Notes under the pieces: generated by a model
Databases searched by the model: none
What the model saw: the letters and a program-made list of their open reading frames with translations, nothing else
What the model was told of the DNA's origin: nothing
Translations under genes and position numbers: made by a program
IMG/VR virus record: IMGVR_UViG_3300030098_007087
Location: 1-64,000 of that record
DNA from: a virus
DNA length: 64,000 nucleotides
Reading direction: 5' to 3' (one strand)
Shown here: positions 9,116 to 17,042 of the stretch, one piece after another
Numbering within the stretch: the first letter of the stretch is position 1
How the letters are laid out: every line of letters begins with the position of its first letter

Positions 9116-11833
9116 ATGGGTGGATTAGCAGGACATATGTCCCATCTTTACGGAAATCCAAATCTAACTTTTAGTCAAATAAAAGATGTTTTGCAAAAGG
9201 CTTCCGAAGGTGAACTACAGGGAACAGAAAAAACAGACGGTCAGAATCTTTACATTTCTTACTCTGTAAAGGATAGTAAAGCCAAGTCTGCCAGAAATAA
9301 AGGCAACATCAAGGGCGGAGGTCTAGATGCTAAGGCTTTAGCTCAAAAATTCTCCGAACATTCAAATCCAAATCTAGTAAAAGCATTTGTAGATGCCTTC
9401 ACCGCATTTGAAAAAGCCGTAAGTATGTTTCCTGAAGAGGTACAAATAAAAATATTTGGACCCGATGCCAATATCTTTTACAATGCTGAAATACAAGATC
9501 CTCGAACAGCCAATGTCATAAACTATGACACTAAAAATCTAAATATTCATCGTGTTGGTCATGCTGAATTTGATCGCGAAACAGGCAAAGTTACTGATAA
9601 AGATGTGTCTAGTAACGCAAAAATGCTTGAAGATGCGCTTGAATCAGTACAAGATCGCATGCAAGCCGAAGAATTTGGCGTTCAAATGAATGCGTTCAAA
9701 AATTTGAAAGGCTTGGCGGACGACAAAGCTCTAAAAAGAGCACTAGATCGATTAGAAAAAGAAATTAGTGCTGAAGGTGTTAGCGACTCTCAATCAATTG
9801 GTGAATATTTGATTAGTAGAGTTGATAATATAATAAAAAACAAGGTAGATTTACCTCAACAAACTCGCAAGGAGCTTGTAAGGCGCATACTAAAGCAAAA
9901 AGGGGCAACCGTTCGTACTGTTTTAGCTACATTGCCCAAGGGGGATGAACGAATTCCTGTGGTCAGGCAGTTTATAAACGACGCCGGAATCATTATTAAG
10001 ACAGCTATTTATCCGATTGAAGACATTATTCATGACTTTTCTGTTGAAATGCTTCGTGGCTTAGAGAGTGCGTTTGTTTTGAATAGCGAAGCGGAAGTCG
10101 AAAGACTAAGAGCGGACGTTACAGATGCAATAGAAAAAATTCAAGCCTCTGGAAATGAAGATGCGATGAAGATTTTACAACAACACTTGATGAAGTTGAA
10201 AGATGTAGAGAACATTAGCACTGCTACTGAGGGCTTTGTGTTTGATTATGACGGTCACACATATAAATTTACCGGAAATTTTGCTCCCGTGAACCAAATC
10301 TTAGGTCTTTTTAAGTACGGAAGGGGTAAAGTTCCACCAATTCAGAACCTAAAAGAAGAAATTAGTAAAAAAGCAGACGTTGCTTTGTACCCCGGTGCGT
10401 TCAAGCCACCTCATAGAGGTCACTTGGCTGTTGTAAAAGCCTTGAAAAAGCAAGCAAAGAGAGTAGTGGTGCTCATTTCTAATCCAATGGGTGCAACAAG
10501 AGCGCTCCCTCTCAGTAAAACAGTAATTACAGCCGAAAAAGCTAAAGAAATGTTTGAAAAAATGCTTGGAGGCATGGCTGGAGTTGAAGTTATTATCTCC
10601 CCTGACCCTACTCCAGTAACTGCTGCCTTTCAGTATGTTGAGAATGAGCCGTCTGATGATCTTTCTGCTGCTCCGGAGGGTTCTACAGTTATTTTAGGGT
10701 GCGGAGATAAGGGAAGTGACATAGATAGATACAAAAACATCAACAAATATGCTCGTGATGACGTTAGAGTCAAGATTTTTGGCTGCCCTCTCGACCAAAA
10801 ACACAGCCCAGAGTACGTTAGATCGCTTGTAGCTGCTCCAAATATCTATAATGAGCTACCAAGTGTCAAAAAAGGGCTTGATCCATCTGATTTTCACGCC
10901 TCTGACATGCGATTAATCGCTGACTTGAGTGCAGAAGACGATGTTGCAGACCTTTTGTTCAAAGATTTTGTCCCCGATGGCGTAAATTACAAAAATATAC
11001 TCTCAACATTAGGTGTGCAAAAAAAAAGTCTTACCATGGAGTACCTATTTTCTTTGGTTGAAGAGATCTTGGATGAAAAAATGCGTACAACTAAGGCTGT
11101 GCAAGACGATTACAAAAAACAATGGCAAAATACCATTGATATGGTCAATAAGGGTCCAAATAAAAACGCTGGTGGTGGGAAAGGTCACACAAAAGGCGAC
11201 CCTGATCTAAAAAGTGCTCCACCCGGCGGCGGGGCGATGGAAGAAGAGATTGAAAACGACGAAGAAATAGTAGACGAAATATCCTCGATGGCTGGCGGTA
11301 ACGTTCAAGGCGCTGTTGGCGCTGGTGGGGGTCCGTGGCAGCACACAAATGTTGAAAAAGAGAACGAAGAAGAGAAAAAGCGTTCACAATTGAAGTTAAA
11401 AAAGGCTTTAGTCGGTGAAAAAAACAAAAAAGACCCTGCAAAAGGGACTGGAAAGAAGCCAAAGGGATCTGGAAGGCGTTTGTATACCGACGAGGACCCT
11501 TCAGATACCGTCTCTGTCAAATTTAGCACTGTTCAAGACATAAAAGACACCTTATCAAAGGCTTCTTTCAAATCAAAGTCACATAAAAGGCAATCACAAA
11601 TCATAAATTTGATTCACCAACGCGCCCGAGCGGCTTATAACAATGCAAAAGACCCAAAAGTAAAAGCTAGACTAAAAAAAGCTTATGATTACGCTAAAGA
11701 AAGGAAAGAGGCGTCAAAAAAGAAGACTCAAGCAATGAAAAACAAGAATGAAGCAGTTGATCAGTATGTTGACGAAATTCTAAACTATTTATCGGTGAAA
11801 GATACCTTTTTAGGAGAAAAAAATGCAAATTAA
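9116..11833 (+). CDS. multidomain protein: ligase-like KxDG nucleotidyltransferase + HxGH (cytidyltransferase-like) domain + basic C-terminal domain
   Basis: TEKTDGQN, EGFVF and YKFTG; YPGAFKPPHRGH...HASDMR. Confidence 0.8.
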   Translation: MGGLAGHMSHLYGNPNLTFSQIKDVLQKASEGELQGTEKTDGQNLYISYSVKDSKAKSARNKGNIKGGGLDAKALAQKFSEHSNPNLVKAFVDAFTAFEKAVSMFPEEVQIKIFGPDANIFYNAEIQDPRTANVINYDTKNLNIHRVGHAEFDRETGKVTDKDVSSNAKMLEDALESVQDRMQAEEFGVQMNAFKNLKGLADDKALKRALDRLEKEISAEGVSDSQSIGEYLISRVDNIIKNKVDLPQQTRKELVRRILKQKGATVRTVLATLPKGDERIPVVRQFINDAGIIIKTAIYPIEDIIHDFSVEMLRGLESAFVLNSEAEVERLRADVTDAIEKIQASGNEDAMKILQQHLMKLKDVENISTATEGFVFDYDGHTYKFTGNFAPVNQILGLFKYGRGKVPPIQNLKEEISKKADVALYPGAFKPPHRGHLAVVKALKKQAKRVVVLISNPMGATRALPLSKTVITAEKAKEMFEKMLGGMAGVEVIISPDPTPVTAAFQYVENEPSDDLSAAPEGSTVILGCGDKGSDIDRYKNINKYARDDVRVKIFGCPLDQKHSPEYVRSLVAAPNIYNELPSVKKGLDPSDFHASDMRLIADLSAEDDVADLLFKDFVPDGVNYKNILSTLGVQKKSLTMEYLFSLVEEILDEKMRTTKAVQDDYKKQWQNTIDMVNKGPNKNAGGGKGHTKGDPDLKSAPPGGGAMEEEIENDEEIVDEISSMAGGNVQGAVGAGGGPWQHTNVEKENEEEKKRSQLKLKKALVGEKNKKDPAKGTGKKPKGSGRRLYTDEDPSDTVSVKFSTVQDIKDTLSKASFKSKSHKRQSQIINLIHQRARAAYNNAKDPKVKARLKKAYDYAKERKEASKKKTQAMKNKNEAVDQYVDEILNYLSVKDTFLGEKNAN

Positions 11834-12596
11834 CAGAAAAGAGTTCGCTGAAGAACTAAAACTTAGAAAATATATAAGGAAAGCTATCCAAATTGTCGAA
11901 AATAAAAGAAAAAATGCTAAAAATGAAGTAAAAAAACAAGAAGAAGCGCTTAGAGGCTTTATTAGGCAACTTATCAGCGAAGCCGGTGTTTCGGACGCTG
12001 AAGATGCGCCTCATAAGTCCACCGGTATCAATATATTAGAAGATTTGTTGAAAAAGATTATCCCGATCATTGAAATTGACTTCAAAAAGCTTACAACAAG
12101 TGAAGAACAAAGAGGCTCATACCGAGCACACTTCCTCCAAGGTATCAAGAACCTTTTAGCTCCAGCGGCTGCGGTCGATCAGGCAGATCAGGACGGTGAA
12201 GCGGTTCAAGATGAATTTATATCTGTAAATGAGCAAGATGATGAAATCGAAATCAATATTGGAGGAGACTCTGATCCTGAAGAGTTCATTGATGTTCGTG
12301 GAGACAACAAAGAAGACGAAAAATCAAAAGAGGACATAGAGAAAGACACATTTTCGATCTCTGGTCAAGATGAAACTGGTCGTGACATGTCTTATTCAAC
12401 TTTTAAGAAAGTCCAAGGGTCCATGTTGGATTCTTGGGAAGTTTTATCAAACGCAGATGACAAAGAGTTATTTTATGACTACTTATTAACAAACCTAAAA
12501 CTGTATTTTGACAAGTTTGAGGACGAACTAAAGGCAAACCTTCCCGAGCCTACGACACCTGAATACGAGAAAGCAAAAGGGGAAGACGAATTATAA
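11823..12596 (+). CDS. hypothetical acidic phage protein, probable head-associated protein
   Basis: LRKYIRKAI and LRGFIRQLISE helices; overlaps upstream stop. Confidence 0.7.
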   Translation: MQINRKEFAEELKLRKYIRKAIQIVENKRKNAKNEVKKQEEALRGFIRQLISEAGVSDAEDAPHKSTGINILEDLLKKIIPIIEIDFKKLTTSEEQRGSYRAHFLQGIKNLLAPAAAVDQADQDGEAVQDEFISVNEQDDEIEINIGGDSDPEEFIDVRGDNKEDEKSKEDIEKDTFSISGQDETGRDMSYSTFKKVQGSMLDSWEVLSNADDKELFYDYLLTNLKLYFDKFEDELKANLPEPTTPEYEKAKGEDEL

Positions 12597-12619
12597 CTCA
12601 TATGGGAGACATATAGAAA

Positions 12620-13453
12620 ATGGCAAAAAAGACACCACCTAGAACTAAAAGAGAGATTAAAGCTGCATTATCTGCATCAAAGGCTTCCAGCGTTGAAGTG
12701 GCTAATTCAAATTGCAGTAAAAGTGATACGCTTGAAGCAATAATGGATTACAACGCATTTGGATTCGGAAAAACCGGTCAAACCTATGTCGTTGGCTCTG
12801 TGCATGATTTTGCATCGAATGCAGATCAGGCAAAACAAACCACAGGAAAAAAACCAGATGGTTCACAGGCAAACATAAAAGACGCCTCTGATTTGATCAG
12901 CAGATCACTAAGCAATAACTTGGCAACCAATACTGCTGCTCATTACTATTTTAGTGCGACTGGCACTGGTGTTACCGGTTCTGTCAGCCCTCAGTGTTTT
13001 GTTTTTGGTCAATCAGGTCCACAAGCTGCCTATATTCCACAACTTGTTTACGGATCACAAGGTTTGGAAGCAACCCAAGAGTACGTTTTTCATCTGCCTT
13101 CATCCATTACGGGTGCCGCAGGAGCTAATATGCCACCTCTTCATAGCCGATCTTTTGAGGTGACAATCGCAGGTGCTGTAGCCCCCGGCGAAAGCGTTCA
13201 GGTTTACACTGCTAGTGCGGCTGGTGTGAGAGTAGCCACTGGATCTGCGTTTACATTTAGCTCTTCGTTCTGCACTGCTCCTAACTTTACACACCAAACC
13301 ATGCACATCCCCACTTCTAGTTTGGATGGCACAGGCGGGGGTGGAATCACTATTATTTACACCGCGTCTTATGCATCAGAGGATAATAAAGAAAATACAC
13401 CTTACGCCGGCTTGGTGGTCAATATTTCACCATCAGCGATTGAAGGTAGCTAA
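12620..13453 (+). CDS. putative structural protein (Ser/Thr/Gly/Ala-rich, beta-rich)
   Basis: Composition and repeated TGS/TAS/SAS motifs. Confidence 0.65.
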   Translation: MAKKTPPRTKREIKAALSASKASSVEVANSNCSKSDTLEAIMDYNAFGFGKTGQTYVVGSVHDFASNADQAKQTTGKKPDGSQANIKDASDLISRSLSNNLATNTAAHYYFSATGTGVTGSVSPQCFVFGQSGPQAAYIPQLVYGSQGLEATQEYVFHLPSSITGAAGANMPPLHSRSFEVTIAGAVAPGESVQVYTASAAGVRVATGSAFTFSSSFCTAPNFTHQTMHIPTSSLDGTGGGGITIIYTASYASEDNKENTPYAGLVVNISPSAIEGS

Positions 13454-13510
13454 AAAGTAAATTAGTAAAATAAAATACCTACATATGCTATTGTGTGTGT
13501 AGGTATTTTT

Positions 13511-13849
13511 ATGTCTAAAAAACAAAACAACAGAATTGGCGCTAATAGTAATTTTAGCATCTCTAGAAAACTTAAGAATGATGGCAAGACATCTGAAGAA
13601 TTTGAAGTTATGTTGAACAACCTTTCGTTGGAAGAAATAATTTCTCTAAAATTAGAGCTTGCATCAAAAATAATGAGAGGTAATCTTTTTGGTTTTCCAA
13701 TTATAAAAGCAATGCCCAACATTGTTAGGGACGCCCTTATAACTTTTGCACTGTCAGCCACAAAAAACCAGTCAGAAGCTGCATCTTTGTTGGGAATTAC
13801 CGTTCAAGAATTAAAAAAATATAATTTAGACTCTATAATGAATAAGTGA
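13511..13849 (+). CDS. Fis-like helix-turn-helix protein
   Basis: C-terminal ALSATKNQSEAASLLGIT resembles the Fis/NtrC HTH; start moved to ATG 13511. Confidence 0.7.
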   Translation: MSKKQNNRIGANSNFSISRKLKNDGKTSEEFEVMLNNLSLEEIISLKLELASKIMRGNLFGFPIIKAMPNIVRDALITFALSATKNQSEAASLLGITVQELKKYNLDSIMNK

Positions 13850-13973
13850 TCATGGAAATTGTAAACTACCAACTTTCACCTTCCATGCCTCTAACGAAGG
13901 TCGTAATGTGTTGACGAGAGGCTAGTAATGCAACCAACGAGGGGGTTGTACCTTTTTCATGATCACTTTTTTT
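13844..13973 (+). ncRNA. candidate structured RNA, family unrecognised
   Basis: 15-bp closing stem (13844-13858 with 13954-13968), internal helices and a following U-tract. Confidence 0.45.
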
Positions 13974-13974
13974 C

Positions 13975-14003
13975 TTTACTTTTCAAACATAAATCTATAT
14001 AAT
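13975..14003 (+). promoter_or_regulatory. sigma70-type promoter of the two-lipoprotein operon
   Basis: TTTACT-N17-TATAAT. Confidence 0.65.
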
Positions 14004-14040
14004 AGTCGCACTTTACTCATAACTAAAAGGAGAATATATT

Positions 14041-14430
14041 ATGAGAAATTTATTTATTGCAACAATGCTGGTTTTCAGCGTAGTTGGGTGTCATGAAGAT
14101 GACTGTGATGAGGCAGTAGTTGCCGAAGAAGAGGTTGCTGAAGAGGAATCTGAAGAAGCCGAAGAGGATGCTGACGCTGAAGAAGAAGCTGACACTGAAG
14201 AAGAAGCAGAAGAAGAAGCAGAAGAGTCTGAAGAAGAGGAAGCTGAAGAAGAGGAAGCTGAAGAAGAAGCCGAGGAAGAGGTGGAAGAAGAAGCTGACGA
14301 AGAAGAAGCTGACGAAGAAGAGGTAGAAGAGGAAGTCTCCGAGGAAGAGGCTGAAGAGTCCGAAGAATCTGAAGAAGATGCCGAAGAGGTTGAAGAAGAA
14401 GAGGAAGAGGACGAAGAGGAAGAAGAGTAA
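14041..14430 (+). CDS. extremely acidic low-complexity lipoprotein
   Basis: AAGGAG RBS, VVGC lipobox (Cys17), mature part mostly Glu/Asp/Ala. Confidence 0.8.
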   Translation: MRNLFIATMLVFSVVGCHEDDCDEAVVAEEEVAEEESEEAEEDADAEEEADTEEEAEEEAEESEEEEAEEEEAEEEAEEEVEEEADEEEADEEEVEEEVSEEEAEESEESEEDAEEVEEEEEEDEEEEE

Positions 14431-14453
14431 TTCATTTTAACAAAGGAGAATAA

Positions 14454-16145
14454 ATGAGAAACTTTATTATTGTATCGATGATTGCTTTTGGTTTGATTGC
14501 TTGTGAAAATACAACTGACACAACAACTGAGACTGAAGGTAAAACGACAACAACAACTTTCACAGGAGCTAGTGATAATACAACTACTACTACACCACCA
14601 GCTACTGATGAAACAACGTCTACTCCATCTACAACAACGGAAGAAAGTGGTACAAGTGCGCCCACTGAAACTGAAGGTGTAGAGGAGAATAATGAAACCA
14701 ATACGGTTCCTACTGAGACTGAGGAGGAGACCCCCCAACAGGGGTCAAATCCTTCAGACCCAGTGGAGGTAGATCCCACCAGTGATGAAGTAACCCTTGA
14801 TGATTTGACAGCAGAAGATCTTGCAGATATTGAAATTTTGCGTGACAATATTTTTTCTGGTTTAGATGTAGGCAAAGAGTTGTACTTATCACAGGTGAAT
14901 TTAGCTTTGGAAGACATCGGCTTTGATCCTGTTTATCAGTCTCTAGACAATAACCAAGAACTACCAGAAGTTTCCGATTGTCCTTATGTTGAGTTTTACA
15001 ATAATCAAGTTACAGTTGATGGGTATGAATGTGAATATCTTGTTGATAAAGCAAGGTCTGAAGCGTATTCTAAACTTTATGGAACATTAGTGGCTAATCG
15101 AGAAAACTATGACCCGGATCTTAGTGAGCAAGATTTTTGGTTTGAACAGGGCGCAGTTAGCGGTCTAGAAGAAGCAAGAGTTCTTTTTCGTGTTGATTTA
15201 AAAGCAAAACAATTTTGTAATCAAGTTCCAACACCGGTAAAAAGCTCGGAAGAAAAAGGATTGATTGTTGGACGTCAACATTTTATTAATTCTATGAACA
15301 ATTGGTTGACCACAAATGGGTATGCAGCAGATTATCCAATTATGTCCGATCCAATTGAAGTTTGCCAAGCCAACGAATCTTTATTGGACCCTGTTTATGA
15401 CGATGCTTTGAATTCCATCAGCCAAGCGATGCAAGAAAATCCACTTTGTGAAGACTATATTCCAATGGACGGTGATGATGAAATTATGTTTGCACAAGCA
15501 CAGACAGATTATAGCAACGCACTAAAAGTTGGTATTGAAGATGAGTTTGCATTAGCAGCAGTGAAAATTTTCAAAGTCGTTCCTTGCAATGTATCAGATC
15601 CATTGATTGTTGATGTAAATAAAAATGGAAAATTTGATGTCACTACTATTGAAAATGGCGTCAATTTTAGCTTTACCGGGACTCGTTCACAAGCAACTGC
15701 TTGGCTAAGTGGTGATGGATTTCTTTTTCATGATAGGAACTCAAATGGTGTTGTTGATAATGGCACCGAGCTTTTTGGAACAGATCGATCTTTCAATGGT
15801 GGCTTTACACATTTAGCTCATTTCGATTCAGATAAAAATGGAGTAATTGATCATAAAGATGATGTATACAAGAGTCTTTTTGTTTGGGTTGACACAAACA
15901 TGGACGGCGTTTCAACTAAAGACGAGGTGACAACCTTGCTCAAAGTTGGCGTTATGAATATTGATGTTGTGGCACAAAGTTACAATAAAAGTGTAAATGG
16001 TAATTTAATTAAGAAAGTTTCATATGGTACATTTAATAACGTAACTAAACAAACCCTTATTGGGGATGTGGATTTACGAACCGGTGTTTGGAATAAGCAG
16101 GGCACCGATCTTACCCCCTCTACTACAGAGGAAGAGCGAAACTAA
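14454..16145 (+). CDS. lipoprotein with Thr-rich stalk and C-terminal FrpC-like self-processing (Ca2+-binding) module
   Basis: LIAC lipobox (Cys17); D382-P383 followed by LIVDVNKNG...TAW...DGFLFHDRNSNGVVDNGTELFG...DSDKNGVID...VWVDTNMDGVS. Confidence 0.85.
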   Translation: MRNFIIVSMIAFGLIACENTTDTTTETEGKTTTTTFTGASDNTTTTTPPATDETTSTPSTTTEESGTSAPTETEGVEENNETNTVPTETEEETPQQGSNPSDPVEVDPTSDEVTLDDLTAEDLADIEILRDNIFSGLDVGKELYLSQVNLALEDIGFDPVYQSLDNNQELPEVSDCPYVEFYNNQVTVDGYECEYLVDKARSEAYSKLYGTLVANRENYDPDLSEQDFWFEQGAVSGLEEARVLFRVDLKAKQFCNQVPTPVKSSEEKGLIVGRQHFINSMNNWLTTNGYAADYPIMSDPIEVCQANESLLDPVYDDALNSISQAMQENPLCEDYIPMDGDDEIMFAQAQTDYSNALKVGIEDEFALAAVKIFKVVPCNVSDPLIVDVNKNGKFDVTTIENGVNFSFTGTRSQATAWLSGDGFLFHDRNSNGVVDNGTELFGTDRSFNGGFTHLAHFDSDKNGVIDHKDDVYKSLFVWVDTNMDGVSTKDEVTTLLKVGVMNIDVVAQSYNKSVNGNLIKKVSYGTFNNVTKQTLIGDVDLRTGVWNKQGTDLTPSTTEEERN

Positions 16146-16167
16146 CCCACCTTTATAGAAAACTTTT

Positions 16168-16200
16168 AGCGGGGGAGTCCTTCCCCCGCTTTTTCTTTTT
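16168..16200 (+). terminator. Rho-independent terminator
   Basis: AGCGGGGGA/TCCCCCGCT stem followed by a T-run. Confidence 0.85.
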
Positions 16201-16232
16201 AAGAATATAAAAATTTTGATTATAATTATTTT

Positions 16233-16715
16233 ATGAGCAACTTCCCACAGAAATGGAATTCGGGCAGCGGTCAAAAAACTTCTTTTGAAGACATCATAAA
16301 TATAGTAAAACAACACTCCAAAAACAATGGCACTGTCTATGTCGGTACAGATTCTTTTTTTATAAAGGATCAATGCATATTTTCTAATGCAATTTGTCTT
16401 TATGGAGCCGATGGGCAAAAGGGTGGGCGATACTTCTTTATAAAGAAAAAAGTACCTAAAAAAGCCTTTTCTAACTTAGCTATTCGTATGTTGAAAGAAG
16501 CAGAAGAAACAATAGAGATAGCTAAGATAATTTCTCAGGCTAGTCCCTCAACAAAATTAGAACTTCACCTCGATGTCAGCAGTGCTGATAAAAAAGAAAA
16601 AACAAGCCACTTGGCTAAAATGTTAGTTGGGTATGTGAAAGGATCTGGATATGAATGTAAAATCAAACCTCACGCATTTGCCGCTAACTCCATTGCAGAC
16701 AGGCATTCAAAATGA
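16233..16715 (+). CDS. RNase H-like YkuK (DUF458) family protein
   Basis: VYVGTDS, ELHLDV and AANSIADR motifs. Confidence 0.8.
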   Translation: MSNFPQKWNSGSGQKTSFEDIINIVKQHSKNNGTVYVGTDSFFIKDQCIFSNAICLYGADGQKGGRYFFIKKKVPKKAFSNLAIRMLKEAEETIEIAKIISQASPSTKLELHLDVSSADKKEKTSHLAKMLVGYVKGSGYECKIKPHAFAANSIADRHSK

Positions 16716-17002
16716 AAAAAGATTTACAAAAAGCAAAAAAATTGTGTGAAGAGGCATGTGATGAAGTATACATGAAATACGATGCTGATCTCTCGTATGA
16801 CCATTATGACCCTGAAGTACAAACTTTTTATTTATTTCAAGCTGATCACACTCACAACCAAGCCGAGTTCTATATGCTTGAGGAATTGACAAAAAAAATA
16901 AAAAAGATAAACAAAAGATGGCAGGTTGGTATAAAATACGATGACTTAGAAAAATACGAGGCAGATGTGCATGCCAGTAAAGTCAAAAACAAAGAATTAT
17001 AA
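16712..17002 (+). CDS. hypothetical protein
   Basis: 96-aa ORF overlapping the upstream stop. Confidence 0.6.
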   Translation: MKKDLQKAKKLCEEACDEVYMKYDADLSYDHYDPEVQTFYLFQADHTHNQAEFYMLEELTKKIKKINKRWQVGIKYDDLEKYEADVHASKVKNKEL

Positions 17003-17042
17003 AATAGCGCCTAATTAGAAGGTCAATATAAGGAGAAAAAAA

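Noticed and set aside
14091-14738. Minus-strand poly-Ser ORF and Lys-rich frame 14120-14326
   Set aside because: Shadows of the GAA-rich acidic lipoprotein gene, which has the RBS, promoter and signal peptide
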